DNA from: Bacteroidales bacterium
Lineage (GTDB): Bacteria; Bacteroidota; Bacteroidia; Bacteroidales; WRLA01
Reading direction: 5' to 3'
Length of the DNA stretch: 47,710 bases
Assembly: GCA_028710155.1 (NCBI GenBank)
Contig: JAQUSR010000001.1
Span: forward strand, 1 to 47,710
In this document: positions 35,185-46,769 of the stretch, piece after piece
How the letters are laid out: each line of letters begins with the position of its first letter
Position numbering within the stretch: position 1 is the first letter of the stretch
Notes under the pieces: model-generated
Told to the model about the DNA's origin: nothing
Database searches by the model: none
Seen by the model: the letters and a program-made list of their open reading frames with translations, nothing else
Program-made: the position numbers and the translations under genes

Positions 35185-36344
35185 TACAAGAAACTCAATA
35201 AGATACCGGCAGCAACTGCTGATCCGATAACACCGGCAACATTGGGTCCCATGGCGTGCATCAACAGATAGTTGGTTTTATCGTATTCCAAACCAACACT
35301 GTTAGAAACACGAGCACTGTCGGGAACGGCTGATACACCGGAATTTCCAATCAACGGGTTGATTTTGTTTTTCAGGAATAGGTTCATTAATTTCACGAAC
35401 AACACACCTGTTGTGGTAGCAATTACGAAAGAAGCTGCACCTAAAGCAAAAATTCCGATTGATTTATAGGTTAAGAATGAGGTAGCTTGTGTGGAAGCAC
35501 CAACGGTCAAACCAATTAAAATGGTACAAATATCGATGATAGGTCCTGAAGCTGTATTGGCTAAACGTTTTGTTACTCCGCTTTCTTTCAGTAAATTACC
35601 AAAGAACAACATACCCAACAAAGGAAGACCCGTCGGAACGATGAAGCAAGTGAGTAAGATACCCAAAATCGGGAAGGTGATTTTTTCTAATTTCGAAACG
35701 GCGCGCGGTGGTTTCATACGAATCAAACGCTCTTTTTTGGTAGTCAGCAAGCGCATGATAGGCGGTTGAATTACAGGAACTAACGCCATATAAGAATAGG
35801 CAGAAACGGCAACAGCCCCCAACAATTCCGGTGCTAATTTCGAGGAGATAAAAATGGCGGTCGGTCCGTCAGCACCACCAATAATACCGATGGCACCGGC
35901 TTCGGCAGGCGTAAATCCCAACAATAAAGCAGAGATGTAAGCGGCGAATATACCAAATTGGGCAGCAGCACCAATCAAAATCAATTTCGGATTCGACAGC
36001 AACGCCGAGAAGTCGGTCATGGCTCCGATGCCCAAGAAAATCAAAGGCGGATACCAACCGTTTTGAACACCGTGATAAAGAATGTTGAGAACACTACCTT
36101 GTTCATAAATACCTGTTTTTAAACCCGGGAAGAAAGGAATGTTACCTACGATGATACCAAAACCAATGGGAATCAATAACAAAGGTTCATATTCTTTTTT
36201 GATACCGAGAAAGATGAAAAACATCCCCACTAATATCATAATCAAGTGTCCCCAAGTAAAATTACCAAATGCGGTGTATTCAAAAAATTGCCACAATTGT
36301 TCTTTTACGAAGAACAGAAAACCTGATGAACTTAATGTAATCAT
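35181..36344 (-). CDS. mmdB: Sodium ion-translocating decarboxylase beta subunit (methylmalonyl-CoA / oxaloacetate decarboxylase)
   Basis: 387-aa polytopic membrane protein with typical OadB/MmdB segments (GIGAMTDF, IGGADGPTAIF, NLLKESGV, GVSAVP). Confidence 0.9.
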   Translation of the reverse strand: MITLSSSGFLFFVKEQLWQFFEYTAFGNFTWGHLIMILVGMFFIFLGIKKEYEPLLLIPIGFGIIVGNIPFFPGLKTGIYEQGSVLNILYHGVQNGWYPPLIFLGIGAMTDFSALLSNPKLILIGAAAQFGIFAAYISALLLGFTPAEAGAIGIIGGADGPTAIFISSKLAPELLGAVAVSAYSYMALVPVIQPPIMRLLTTKKERLIRMKPPRAVSKLEKITFPILGILLTCFIVPTGLPLLGMLFFGNLLKESGVTKRLANTASGPIIDICTILIGLTVGASTQATSFLTYKSIGIFALGAASFVIATTTGVLFVKLMNLFLKNKINPLIGNSGVSAVPDSARVSNSVGLEYDKTNYLLMHAMGPNVAGVIGSAVAAGILLSFLY

Positions 36345-36353
36345 AACTTCTTA

Positions 36354-36791
36354 TTAATCAATCATTATTAATACATCGCCTTCCATAACGGCATCACCTT
36401 TTCTAACTTTTACGGAGGTAATTGTACCCTCTTTGTCGGAATCAATGTTGTTTTCCATCTTCATAGCTTCCAACAAAAGTAATTTTTGTCCGGCAGTAAC
36501 TTTATCACCCTCTTTAACATAAATGTCTAAGATAGTCCCCGGCAGCGGCGAGTTGATGGCTCCGCCTTTGTTGGTTTTTGCCGATTGAGGGGTAGCATCC
36601 GTTGAAGGAACGGATGAGGCTACCGAACGAACCAATTTTGGTGTTTTGGTGGTCATCGGTTGTCTGATTTCTTGATCTACTTCAACGCTATAAGGTGTTC
36701 CGTTAACCTCAACGTCAATGGTTTGACCTTCAACTTTGTCGATGGAAACGTGATATTTATTTCCATTGATGGTGAAATTATATTCTTTCAT
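36354..36791 (-). CDS. mmdC: Biotin carboxyl carrier protein subunit of the decarboxylase
   Basis: C-terminal biotinyl domain with the EAMKMEN attachment motif. An A/P/T-rich linker precedes it. Confidence 0.9.
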   Translation of the reverse strand: MKEYNFTINGNKYHVSIDKVEGQTIDVEVNGTPYSVEVDQEIRQPMTTKTPKLVRSVASSVPSTDATPQSAKTNKGGAINSPLPGTILDIYVKEGDKVTAGQKLLLLEAMKMENNIDSDKEGTITSVKVRKGDAVMEGDVLIMID

Positions 36792-36814
36792 TATTTTTCT
36801 TGATTTTTTGTTAA

Positions 36815-37819
36815 TTATTTGCGATTTCTAAAATATCCATTCATATTCAATCCTTTAGCACTCCAAGGCGAATAGCGTCTCGAAACATGTTGAATGGTTA
36901 AAACGGTGTTTTCTTGATCGTGCAATTCATCATTATAAAGATAAATGGCAGCGGTAATAGCAGCGTATTCTTCTCCGCTGATGTCTTCCACTTTTTTGAC
37001 AATAGTTGTTGTGTTGGAAGATTCGTTTTTCTTTTCAACATGACGCTTAGCGCGTTTGTTTTGCAAAGAAACCAATGTTTTACCGTAAGTGATAAAGATG
37101 ATAGAAAGCATCAACAGGGTTAAAAACACAACGCCCATAGCAATAATGGTCAAACCGATGCCAAAAGGATCGTGAGATTGAATGGCTTCCGCTTTTTTCG
37201 GTTTTTTGTAGTTAAAAACCGGTGCATTGTCATAATCGGCATTGGCGATTCCTTTTTCTGTGTTGATAACGATGATGTTATAACCTAAGTCGTATTCGCC
37301 GGCGATGTACAACTCTGTGCGTTCTTTACTGTAGCTGAAAGCAGAAGCATTGCCGCGATAGCCTTTTTTAACCACTTGATTGCCGTCTAAATCTAAAACG
37401 GAAAGAAAGCAACTGTCTCTGTTGGAGGCTAAGAAAACGATATGATTTTCATAAATGGCAATACCTTGCGGACGAAAAATCATCGCCAAATCGTGACGTC
37501 CTTCATATTTATCGACCAAAATGCTTTGGGTTGATTTTTCCAAATTCAACGAATCTGTTCCTGATAAATGAACAATGTCAATACGATTTTCAACCATATT
37601 AATAACCGCAAACACTTTATTATCGGCATCGAAAGCAAAATGCTGTTGAATCAAAGGATCGTAAGTATCTTGTCCGTCAAAAACACCTTTGACGAAAAGT
37701 TCTAACGTGGCAGAATCAAAGGAAGTTGTTGTTTGAGCGTTTTTTTGTCCGAAAATCGGATTGGAAAAAACGATCATGCAACAACAAACGATGAAAACTG
37801 ATTTTATTAATCTATTCAT
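36815..37819 (-). CDS. Decarboxylase-operon protein: N-terminal extracytoplasmic domain fused to an OadG/MmdD-like membrane anchor and C-terminal tail
   Basis: Signal peptide, then a ~200-aa soluble domain, one TM helix (GIGLTIIAMGVVFLTLLMLSIIFI) and the tail EEYAAITAAIYLY...SPWSAKG typical of OadG-like subunits. Confidence 0.6.
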   Translation of the reverse strand: MNRLIKSVFIVCCCMIVFSNPIFGQKNAQTTTSFDSATLELFVKGVFDGQDTYDPLIQQHFAFDADNKVFAVINMVENRIDIVHLSGTDSLNLEKSTQSILVDKYEGRHDLAMIFRPQGIAIYENHIVFLASNRDSCFLSVLDLDGNQVVKKGYRGNASAFSYSKERTELYIAGEYDLGYNIIVINTEKGIANADYDNAPVFNYKKPKKAEAIQSHDPFGIGLTIIAMGVVFLTLLMLSIIFITYGKTLVSLQNKRAKRHVEKKNESSNTTTIVKKVEDISGEEYAAITAAIYLYNDELHDQENTVLTIQHVSRRYSPWSAKGLNMNGYFRNRK

Positions 37820-37836
37820 TTTAAACAGTTTAAAAA

Positions 37837-39396
37837 TTACAATGGTAAATTATCATGTTTTTTCGGCGGGTTGGAATCTTTTTTCGTTGCCAAAGCCTGT
37901 AAAGCACGAATGATGCGGAAACGAGTGTTTCTGGGTTCGATCACATCGTCAATGAAACCATATTTTGCAGCGTTGTACGGATTAGCAAATTTGTCGCGAT
38001 ATTCGGCTTCTTTTTCAGCCAAGAATTTGGCGCGTTCATCCGGATCGGCAATATCTTTTGCTTGACGACCGTACAAAATTTCAACGGCACCGCTGCCACC
38101 CATCACGGCGATTTCGGCTGAAGGCCAAGCGTAGTTGATGTCGCCGCGTAATTGTTTACAACTCATCACATCATGAGCACCGCCGTAAGATTTACGCAAA
38201 GTAACCGTAACTTTAGGCACTGTAGCTTCGCCGTAAGCAAAGAGGAATTTAGCTCCATGAATGATAATGCCGCCATATTCTTGACCGGTTCCGGGAAGGA
38301 ATCCTGGAACATCCACCAACGTTACAATAGGAATGTTGAAGGCGTCGCAAAAACGAACAAAACGTGCTCCTTTACGTGAAGCGTTGATATCTAAAACACC
38401 GGCAATATAATTGGGTTGATTAGCTACAATACCCACCGGCATACCGTTGAAATGGGCAAAACCTACCACCAAGTTCGGTGCAAATTTGGCATGAACTTCC
38501 AAAAATTCTGCATCATCGATAATGGCATGAATGACATCTTTGACATCATACGGTTTGTTCGGGTTATCGGGAATGATGGCGTTAAGTGCATCATCTAAAC
38601 GATCGATCGGGTCAGTGCAATCAACACACGGCGGATCTTCCATATTATTAGAAGGTAGATAGGAAATCAATTTGCGAATCAGTTGCATACCTTCTTCTTC
38701 GTTGTCAGCTACAAAATGAGCTACGCCCGATTTAGAAGCATGAACCATGGCACCGCCCAACTTTTCGTCTGTAACTTCTTCTCCGGTAACTGTTTTTACC
38801 ACTTTAGGACCGGTAACGAACATGTAGCTGTTCTCTTTCGACATCATAATGAAGTCGGTTAAAGCCGGTGAATAAACGGCACCGCCGGCACAAGGTCCGA
38901 AAATGGCAGAAATTTGCGGAATGACACCCGAAGCCATAATATTACGTTGGAAAATTTCGGCATAACCGGCCAAACTTTGAACGCCTTCTTGAATACGAGC
39001 ACCGCCCGAATCGTTTAAACCAATAACCGGTGCGCCCACTTTCATGGCTTGATCCATCAGTTTACAGATTTTTTTGGCAAAACTTTCTGACAACGAACCG
39101 CCAAACACGGTGAAATCTTGCGAGAAAACATATACCAAACGACCATCAATGGTACCGTAGCCGGTAACAACGCCGTCCGACATATAGCTTTGTTTTTGCA
39201 TGTCGAAATCGGTGCAGCGATGGGTTACAAACATATCAAACTCTTCAAACGAACCTTCGTCCAACAAAAGAGCGATACGTTCGCGAGCCGTTAATTTACC
39301 TTTGGCGTGTTGCGCTTCGATTCTTTTTTCGCCACCGCCCAATTTGGCTTGAACTCGTTTATCAAGCAAACCTTTAATTTCTTCTTCGAATATCAT
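37837..39396 (-). CDS. mmdA: Methylmalonyl-CoA decarboxylase alpha subunit (acyl-CoA carboxyltransferase)
   Basis: 519 aa. Carboxyltransferase signatures are present ([49 protein letters not shown]). Confidence 0.92.
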   Translation of the reverse strand: MIFEEEIKGLLDKRVQAKLGGGEKRIEAQHAKGKLTARERIALLLDEGSFEEFDMFVTHRCTDFDMQKQSYMSDGVVTGYGTIDGRLVYVFSQDFTVFGGSLSESFAKKICKLMDQAMKVGAPVIGLNDSGGARIQEGVQSLAGYAEIFQRNIMASGVIPQISAIFGPCAGGAVYSPALTDFIMMSKENSYMFVTGPKVVKTVTGEEVTDEKLGGAMVHASKSGVAHFVADNEEEGMQLIRKLISYLPSNNMEDPPCVDCTDPIDRLDDALNAIIPDNPNKPYDVKDVIHAIIDDAEFLEVHAKFAPNLVVGFAHFNGMPVGIVANQPNYIAGVLDINASRKGARFVRFCDAFNIPIVTLVDVPGFLPGTGQEYGGIIIHGAKFLFAYGEATVPKVTVTLRKSYGGAHDVMSCKQLRGDINYAWPSAEIAVMGGSGAVEILYGRQAKDIADPDERAKFLAEKEAEYRDKFANPYNAAKYGFIDDVIEPRNTRFRIIRALQALATKKDSNPPKKHDNLPL

Positions 39397-39413
39397 AGCT
39401 TCTATATTTACAA

Positions 39414-39815
39414 TTATTTACAGCAAAATTCAGTTAAAACGCCCAAAGTTGATTTTGGATGCAGAAAACCGATTTTTAAATTTTCGGCACCTTTACGCGA
39501 TTGTTTATCAATCAGTCTGACTCCATTTTCTTCGGCTTCTTTTAAGGCTTGATCGGTATTTTCCATAGCAAAAGCGATATGATGAACGCCGGGACCTTTT
39601 TTCTCAACAAAACTACCGATAGGACCTTCAGGATCTGTTGATTCCAATAATTCGATTTTTACATCTCCGATTTTAAAAAAGGCGGTTTTCACTTTTTGAT
39701 CGGCAACTTCTTCAACGGCATAGCAGGTTAAACCCATGACGTTTTCCCAATACTTGATAGCTTCTTCCAAATTGGCAACAGCTATTCCAATGTGTTCAAT
39801 GTGAGTTGGTTTCAT
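39414..39815 (-). CDS. mce: Methylmalonyl-CoA epimerase (VOC/glyoxalase fold)
   Basis: 133 aa. Contains HIGIAV...KIELLE...GPGVHHIAF...FLHPK. It is the first gene of the mmd operon. Confidence 0.88.
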   Translation of the reverse strand: MKPTHIEHIGIAVANLEEAIKYWENVMGLTCYAVEEVADQKVKTAFFKIGDVKIELLESTDPEGPIGSFVEKKGPGVHHIAFAMENTDQALKEAEENGVRLIDKQSRKGAENLKIGFLHPKSTLGVLTEFCCK

Positions 39816-39883
39816 ATAATTTAATTCTGAATTTTTATAAAAATAATGTAATTAAAAAATGTTCCTCCATTTTAAAGAGGGTG

Positions 39884-39891
39884 CAAAGGTA
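39884..39891 (-). promoter_or_regulatory. Bacteroidota -7 promoter box for the mce-mmd operon
   Basis: The minus strand reads TACCTTTG, 69 nt upstream of the ATG at 39815. Confidence 0.45.
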
Positions 39892-40113
39892 TTTTTTTTC
39901 GCTGTATTTTTTGTGCGTTTTTATAGAAAAAATGATCTTGTATTTCATTGATTATCATAATATAAAAACGCATTTCCTCAAATTCAGTGATTTTCGGAAT
40001 CATTTTGAAACCAAAAAAAGATGGAATTGCCGTGAACAAAAATTGATTTTTTTTAATTTTTTGATCCAAAAATCAAAAAATGTGTGGCGGAAACCACAAG
40101 TAGTTGTTATGTT

Positions 40114-41967
40114 TTAATGTTTATTTTGTTCCAACAATTTCACCACTCTTACACCGGATATCGTTTCTGAATTTTTAACAAATTCTAAAAGAGATTCTTC
40201 TTCCAAAACCACCTTTTTTGCTTCTAGTGAGGCGTGAATTAACCCCATTTGTTGATCGTCTTTTTGATAGGCTACACCTTGAATCTCAATATCTAAGCCC
40301 TTTATTGTTGTTGTAAAAAATAGAAGATCACCGCTTTCAATTTTTTCTATACACGCTTCATCAAATTTTTCTTTGGGAATAAAAAAGTACGAATCTCTAC
40401 TTAATTGGTTTTCGATACTAGAAATATACTCCAAATATTCAGGATGTTTGATGAGTTGCGGAATGTGATCGGCATGAGTTGTGATATACGAAAAATCTTG
40501 CTTATACATTTCACCACCCAATTCGAAAGTAATCTCGTCGATAAAACGTACAATTTCGGCACTGCGGATCCACGAACTGGAATAAAGATGGCGATAAAGA
40601 AAGTTGGAAAACGTTTTTTTGTTGTAGCGCAATTGTTGTACTAAAGAGCAAAAATCTTTAAAGTTTCCATGATCGTATTTAGCCGTCAACATCATTGCTA
40701 AGCTGTTTTCAACAAAACGTAAATGATTGGTTTCGTGTAAATTGATTACAAATCCTTTGGAATTTTGATCAATGCAGGTTTTAACAAAAGGTGTTCCGAT
40801 TTGAGCTTCTGCAATCGTTGTCATCAATTCGTTAATGGATTGACGTTTCGGCTTTTTGAGTAAGTGATAAATAGAATCGTATAAAAATCGGTCTCTTGCA
40901 GTAAAACAGGGTGTCAGCGGTTTCGGTTGCACCAATTTATAAGCATCATAAGGAACATCGGTTCTTTTGATACAAAACGTTGTATCGTTGAAATAAGGTG
41001 TGTATCCATTGAGAATCAAATAATAGAAAGTGAATGTATTGGGTATTTCCAATAAATTTCTCTCTTCGTAATAGCCGTGTGCCTTTTTATAGGGACTGTT
41101 TTTCAAAATTTCCGTAAAATCGATGTATTTCAGTTTTTCAGAATGAGTAACGATGTCGGCTTGTCCTAATAGAGGACCCCCTTCGATGAAAATAGATGCG
41201 GCTTTCAAAACGCCGTCATTGCCGTTTTGTGTTACATAAAAATGTTTGGCTGTCATGCGGTTGAGCATATCAGACCAAATATCATGGTCGCGTTCAAAGA
41301 TGCACGGAGCATTTAAAATAACGTTTTCAAATTGTGGAAAATCGTTTTTGTCATACACGTTATTAATAAGATATTGTGCATATTTTTTAGCAAACAAGTT
41401 TCCTAAACTATTGAACATTAAAGTGCCACGAACATCTTCATTGGTTCTAAGATATTTTGCCACTTGGCTCATCGTTTTTGAGAAATTGGGAATGCAGTAA
41501 ATGACGTTTTCTCGTGATTGCTTGTAGTTGCGGATATATTTTCCTTTCGTTTCGTATGACGGCCATGCAAAAACCAATAAATCAACATCGTAGGCAGCCG
41601 TAAACAATGCACTGTTTTCGATGATTTCATCGATATTGGAGTTGAAACCATGAACGAAACAGAGCAAATTGCGGTCGGTTTTTACTTTTTGCATCATTGT
41701 ATCAAAATGAGGCACCTCTTCAATGTCGTATTTGCCTTGTCGATTGCATTTTGCCACCAAATAGTGCAAAACGGTATCGATGCTGCTCAATCCGGTTTCC
41801 AGAGCATCGTTGTAGTTGTACATGCAAACGACCGCTATATTGCGTTGATTGGTGGTATCGGAATAAGCTTGTGCCATGAGTTTTGATGAAAAACTCGATG
41901 AACAACAAATAATTACAACAATGAATAGCGCTAATAAGTTGAAATAATGCGTCAATAATTTCATCAT
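40114..41967 (-). CDS. Secreted two-domain protein: DUF900-like alpha/beta hydrolase N-terminal domain plus DUF1460 (AmiA-like NlpC/P60 amidase)-like C-terminal domain
   Basis: Signal/TM at the N-terminus. FVHGFNSN...LLVFAWPS...FNSLGN resembles DUF900. The C-terminal QIGTPFV...VINLHETNHLRFVENSLAMM resembles the DUF1460 core. Confidence 0.5.
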   Translation of the reverse strand: MMKLLTHYFNLLALFIVVIICCSSSFSSKLMAQAYSDTTNQRNIAVVCMYNYNDALETGLSSIDTVLHYLVAKCNRQGKYDIEEVPHFDTMMQKVKTDRNLLCFVHGFNSNIDEIIENSALFTAAYDVDLLVFAWPSYETKGKYIRNYKQSRENVIYCIPNFSKTMSQVAKYLRTNEDVRGTLMFNSLGNLFAKKYAQYLINNVYDKNDFPQFENVILNAPCIFERDHDIWSDMLNRMTAKHFYVTQNGNDGVLKAASIFIEGGPLLGQADIVTHSEKLKYIDFTEILKNSPYKKAHGYYEERNLLEIPNTFTFYYLILNGYTPYFNDTTFCIKRTDVPYDAYKLVQPKPLTPCFTARDRFLYDSIYHLLKKPKRQSINELMTTIAEAQIGTPFVKTCIDQNSKGFVINLHETNHLRFVENSLAMMLTAKYDHGNFKDFCSLVQQLRYNKKTFSNFLYRHLYSSSWIRSAEIVRFIDEITFELGGEMYKQDFSYITTHADHIPQLIKHPEYLEYISSIENQLSRDSYFFIPKEKFDEACIEKIESGDLLFFTTTIKGLDIEIQGVAYQKDDQQMGLIHASLEAKKVVLEEESLLEFVKNSETISGVRVVKLLEQNKH

Positions 41968-41996
41968 AACAAAACGGTTTATTTATGAAACAAAAA

Positions 41997-42032
41997 AGTT
42001 GAAAATAACTTTAAAAAAAGAAATTTTCAACT
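41997..42032 (-). terminator. Weak rho-independent terminator candidate after metG
   Basis: 10-bp AT-rich inverted repeat agttgaaaat / attttcaact (41997-42006 / 42023-42032) with a 16-nt loop, followed by a U-run on the minus strand. Confidence 0.35.
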
Positions 42033-42060
42033 TTAATCATATTATTTGTTTATCAATAAT

Positions 42061-44109
42061 TTACTTGATTTCGCTTCCCTCTTTAATTTTTTGTGTCGGC
42101 GAAACGAACACCAATTTTCCATCGGCATCTTCGCCCATCAAAATCATGCCTTGCGATTCGACACCGCGCAAATTTTTGGGTGCCAAATTGAAAACAATAC
42201 TCACTTGTTGTCCGATAATTTGTTCAGGTTCAAAATATTCTGCAATTCCGGAAATCACGGTGCGTTGGTCGATGCCGGTATCTACTTTTAATTGCAACAA
42301 TTTTTTGGCTTTGGGAACTTTTACGGCTTCTAAAATGGTGCCACAACGAATGTCTAACTTTGCAAAATCTTCAAAATCAATCAACTCTTTGGAAGGATTG
42401 GCTTTTACAGCAGCCATTTGATTGGCTTTTTTCGTCTCCAACAATTTGTTGACTTGTTGTTCGATTTCAGCATCTTCAATTTTCACAAACAATAGTTCTG
42501 CTTCGTTGAGTTGATGTCCGGCTTCCAAAAGGTTGGCGCTGCCGGCTTCGTTCCATTTTTTTGAAGAAGTATTTAAAATGTGGTTTAATTTTTTGGCAGT
42601 GAAAGGAATAAACGGTTCGCACACAATGGCTAAATTGGCACAAATTTGTAACGAAATGTTCAACACGGTTTTCACGCGTTCGGGGTCGGTTTTGAAAACT
42701 TTCCACGGTTCGCAATCGGTTAAATATTTGTTACCCAATCGAGCAACGTTCATCATTTCGTTCAATGCTTCACGAAAACGGTAATTTTCGATGCTTTTGG
42801 CAATTTTTTCGGGAAAAGCCGCCAACTCTTTCAAAACAGAGGTATCTATTTCATTGAGTGCGTTTTGTGCAGGAACTTTTCCTTCAAAATATTTGTGGGT
42901 TAAAACTACGGTTCTATTAACTAAGTTGCCAAAAACGGCTAACAACTCGTTGTTGTTGCGGGCTTGAAAATCTTTCCACGTAAAATCGTTGTCTTTTGTT
43001 TCGGGAGCGTTGGCACACAGCGTATAACGCAACACATCTTGTTTTTCGGGAAAGTCCACCAAATATTCGTGCAGCCAAACCGCCCAATTGCGGCTGGTGG
43101 AAATTTTGTCGCCTTCGAGATTCAAAAATTCGTTGGCCGGCACGTTTTCCGGCAAAATGTACGATCCTTCGGTTTTCAACATAGTAGGGAAGATGATGCA
43201 ATGGAAAACGATATTGTCTTTTCCGATAAAATGCACCAATTTGGTGTCGGCATCTTTCCAATAGGGTTTCCAATCTTTGCCGGTTTGTTCTGCCCACTCT
43301 TTCGAGATGGAGATGTAGCCGATGGGCGCATCAAACCACACATACAGCACTTTACCTTCGGCATCGGACAGCGGCACTTTCACGCCCCAATCTAAATCGC
43401 GGGTAACGGCACGCGGTTGCAAGCCTTGGTCTAACCACGATTTGCATTGACCGTAAACGTTGGGTTTCCACTCTTTATGGTCTTCCAAAATCCACTGTTT
43501 CAGCCATGTTTCGTATTGATCTAAGGGAAGAAACCAGTGTTTGGTAGAACGTTTCACCGGAGGATTTCCGCTTAAAGTTGAAATTGGATTGATTAAATCA
43601 GTGGCATTCAACGATGTTCCACAGCTTTCGCATTGGTCGCCATAGGCTTTTTCGTAGTTGCAGTGGGGGCAAGTTCCGGTAATATATCGGTCGGCTAAAA
43701 ATTGTTGCGCCGATTCGTCGTAATATTGTTCAGAGGTTTTTTCGATGAATTTACCTTCGTTATAAAGTTTGGTGAAAAACTCAGAAGAGGTTTTGTGGTG
43801 CATCGGGCTGGAGGTGCGCGAGTAGATGTCGAAAGAGATGCCTAACTCTTGAAACGATTGTTTGATAATGGAGTGATAGCGATCGACAATGGCTTGCGGT
43901 GTGGTGTTTTCTTTGCGAGCTTTGATGGTGATCGGAACACCATGTTCGTCCGAACCGCCGATGAAAAGAACATCGAAACCGATGGAACGCAGATAACGAA
44001 CGTAAATATCTGCCGGAACATAAACGCCGGCTAAATGACCGATGTGAACGGGACCATTGGCATAAGGCAATGCAGTCGTTACAGTGTATCGTTTGGAATT
44101 TTTATCCAT
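42061..44109 (-). CDS. metG: Methionine--tRNA ligase with a C-terminal EMAP/Trbp111-like tRNA-binding domain
   Basis: HIGH-type motif PVHIGH, KMSKS-type KISTS, a zinc knuckle (CPHC...C..C) and a C-terminal OB-fold domain ([14 protein letters not shown]). Confidence 0.97.
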   Translation of the reverse strand: MDKNSKRYTVTTALPYANGPVHIGHLAGVYVPADIYVRYLRSIGFDVLFIGGSDEHGVPITIKARKENTTPQAIVDRYHSIIKQSFQELGISFDIYSRTSSPMHHKTSSEFFTKLYNEGKFIEKTSEQYYDESAQQFLADRYITGTCPHCNYEKAYGDQCESCGTSLNATDLINPISTLSGNPPVKRSTKHWFLPLDQYETWLKQWILEDHKEWKPNVYGQCKSWLDQGLQPRAVTRDLDWGVKVPLSDAEGKVLYVWFDAPIGYISISKEWAEQTGKDWKPYWKDADTKLVHFIGKDNIVFHCIIFPTMLKTEGSYILPENVPANEFLNLEGDKISTSRNWAVWLHEYLVDFPEKQDVLRYTLCANAPETKDNDFTWKDFQARNNNELLAVFGNLVNRTVVLTHKYFEGKVPAQNALNEIDTSVLKELAAFPEKIAKSIENYRFREALNEMMNVARLGNKYLTDCEPWKVFKTDPERVKTVLNISLQICANLAIVCEPFIPFTAKKLNHILNTSSKKWNEAGSANLLEAGHQLNEAELLFVKIEDAEIEQQVNKLLETKKANQMAAVKANPSKELIDFEDFAKLDIRCGTILEAVKVPKAKKLLQLKVDTGIDQRTVISGIAEYFEPEQIIGQQVSIVFNLAPKNLRGVESQGMILMGEDADGKLVFVSPTQKIKEGSEIK

Positions 44110-44153
44110 ATTATTGATTTACTGATAGATAGTAATAACTATTAATTGGTGTG

Positions 44154-44161
44154 CAAAGATA
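44154..44161 (-). promoter_or_regulatory. Bacteroidota -7 promoter box for metG
   Basis: The minus strand reads TATCTTTG, 45 nt upstream of the ATG at 44109. Confidence 0.45.
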
Positions 44162-44300
44162 GTGTTTTTTGTGGCAAACAAAAGTTTTTGTTGAAAAGAG
44201 AATGCTGCTTTGTTGTGAAACTTTTTTTTGAGAAATAAAGGATTTTTGGAATCAGAAGAATACACAGAAGGTAGAATAATAAGGTAATCGACTGATTAAT

Positions 44301-44332
44301 AAAAAAAGGCTGTCTGAGCAAACAGAACAGCC
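44301..44332 (-). terminator. Rho-independent terminator after gap
   Basis: The minus-strand RNA ggcuguucuguuugcucagacagcc forms an imperfect hairpin (44308-44332), followed by a 7-U run (44301-44307). It lies 23 nt after the gap stop. Confidence 0.6.
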
Positions 44333-44354
44333 TTTTCACGGGTTTTTCAAAAAA

Positions 44355-45386
<1,032 letters not shown>

Positions 45387-45413
45387 TCATTTTCATTGAA
45401 TGAATTGAAGGTG

Positions 45414-45421
45414 CAAAGTTA
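45414..45421 (-). promoter_or_regulatory. Bacteroidota -7 promoter box for gap
   Basis: The minus strand reads TAACTTTG, 55 nt upstream of the ATG at 45359. Confidence 0.45.
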
Positions 45422-45549
45422 GATTATTTTGACAATTGGATGAAAGTTCATCAATTTTATTTTTAATCAAAAATAATGCCAAAAATTTATATAGTATTGA
45501 TTTTTTGTAAATAAGAAATGTTTTGGCGTGATGAAAAAAAGCGGTCAAT

Positions 45550-45578
45550 AAAAAAAGCCGCCCTTTTGCAAGAGCAGC
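45550..45578 (-). terminator. Rho-independent terminator after rnfA
   Basis: The minus-strand RNA gcugcucuu-gcaa-aagggcggc pairs using G-U wobbles and is followed by a 7-U run. It lies 25 nt after the rnfA stop. Confidence 0.5.
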
Positions 45579-45602
45579 TTCGATGTATGATGAAATGGGG
45601 TT

Positions 45603-46175
45603 TTATACTAACCCCGAAAATCCCATAAAAGCCATGGCTAAAAGTCCGGCTGTAATTAAGGCAATAGGTGTTCCTTTCAATCCTTCGGGAATGTCAGAAG
45701 TTTCCATCTGTTCGCGAATACCGGCAAAAAGTACCAAAGCAAAGGTGAAACCGATGGCGGTAGCCGTAGCAAAAACTACGCTTTTCCCTAAATCGTATCC
45801 GTTTTGAATAGTCAACAAGGCGATACCGAGCACAGCACAGTTGGTGGTGATTAAGGGAAGAAAAATTCCCAACGCCTGATAAAGAGCGGGAGCAATTTTT
45901 TTCAAGATAATTTCTACCATTTGCACCAATCCTGCAATGATGAGGATAAACGCCAAAGTACGCAGAAAATCAAGTCCTAATGGACCTAAAATGTAGGTTT
46001 GCACCAACCATGTTACCGTGGTTGCCAACACCATGACAAAAATGACGGCGGCACCCATTCCCAAAGCAGTTTCTACTTTTTTGGAAACGCCCAAAAAGGG
46101 ACAAATTCCTAAAAATTGAGCCAATACGATGTTATTGACAAAGATGGCTGTTATGATGATCAATACATATTCCAT
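45603..46175 (-). CDS. rnfA: Rnf electron-transport complex subunit A
   Basis: 190 aa, 6-TM. The N-terminus FVNNIVLAQFLGICPFLGVS is typical of RnfA/NqrE. Confidence 0.9.
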   Translation of the reverse strand: MEYVLIIITAIFVNNIVLAQFLGICPFLGVSKKVETALGMGAAVIFVMVLATTVTWLVQTYILGPLGLDFLRTLAFILIIAGLVQMVEIILKKIAPALYQALGIFLPLITTNCAVLGIALLTIQNGYDLGKSVVFATATAIGFTFALVLFAGIREQMETSDIPEGLKGTPIALITAGLLAMAFMGFSGLV

Positions 46176-46184
46176 AGCTGATGA

Positions 46185-46769
46185 TTATTTCTTTTTTATT
46201 AATTTTTGAGCAATAGCCATAAGGAATCCGAAGACGATAAAAGCACCCGGTGCCAATACGAAAATCAAAATGCCGTCTCCTTCAGCAAATTTGTAGCCGA
46301 AGATAGATAGTGAACCGAGAATTTCGCGAATGGATCCCATCACCGTCAAAGCGAGGGCAAAACCAAGTCCCATTCCTAATCCATCGACTGTCGATGATAA
46401 AACGTTGTTTTTGTTGGCAAAGGCTTCGGCACGTCCTAAAACGATACAGTTGACCACAATCAACGGGATGAAGATACCTAAACTTTCATGAATATCAGGA
46501 AGATAGGCTTGCATCACCAAATCAATGATCGTTACAAAAGCAGCGATGATGACGATGTATGCCGGAATACGAATGTTGTCGGAGATGAGGTTTTTCAACA
46601 ACGAGATGAAAATATTCGACATCACGAGCACAAACGTTGTGGCTAATCCCATTCCCAATCCGTTGACGGCTGAAGTGGTTACGGCAAGTGTCGGACAAGT
46701 TCCCAACACCAACACCAAAATAGGATTTTCTTTAATTAATCCTTTTGTAAAGTTTTTCCATTGATTCAT
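46185..46769 (-). CDS. rnfE: Rnf electron-transport complex subunit E
   Basis: 194 aa. Contains ENPILVLVLGTCPTLAVT and LIVVNCIVLGRAEAFA, typical of RnfE/NqrD. Confidence 0.9.
   Translation of the reverse strand: MNQWKNFTKGLIKENPILVLVLGTCPTLAVTTSAVNGLGMGLATTFVLVMSNIFISLLKNLISDNIRIPAYIVIIAAFVTIIDLVMQAYLPDIHESLGIFIPLIVVNCIVLGRAEAFANKNNVLSSTVDGLGMGLGFALALTVMGSIREILGSLSIFGYKFAEGDGILIFVLAPGAFIVFGFLMAIAQKLIKKK

Noticed and set aside
39806-40117. 103-aa plus-strand ORF filling the mce / 40114 intergenic region
   Set aside because: The product is extremely AT-rich and low-complexity. The ORF spans the mce promoter box and terminator-like hairpins (40056-40098), so it is most likely non-coding.
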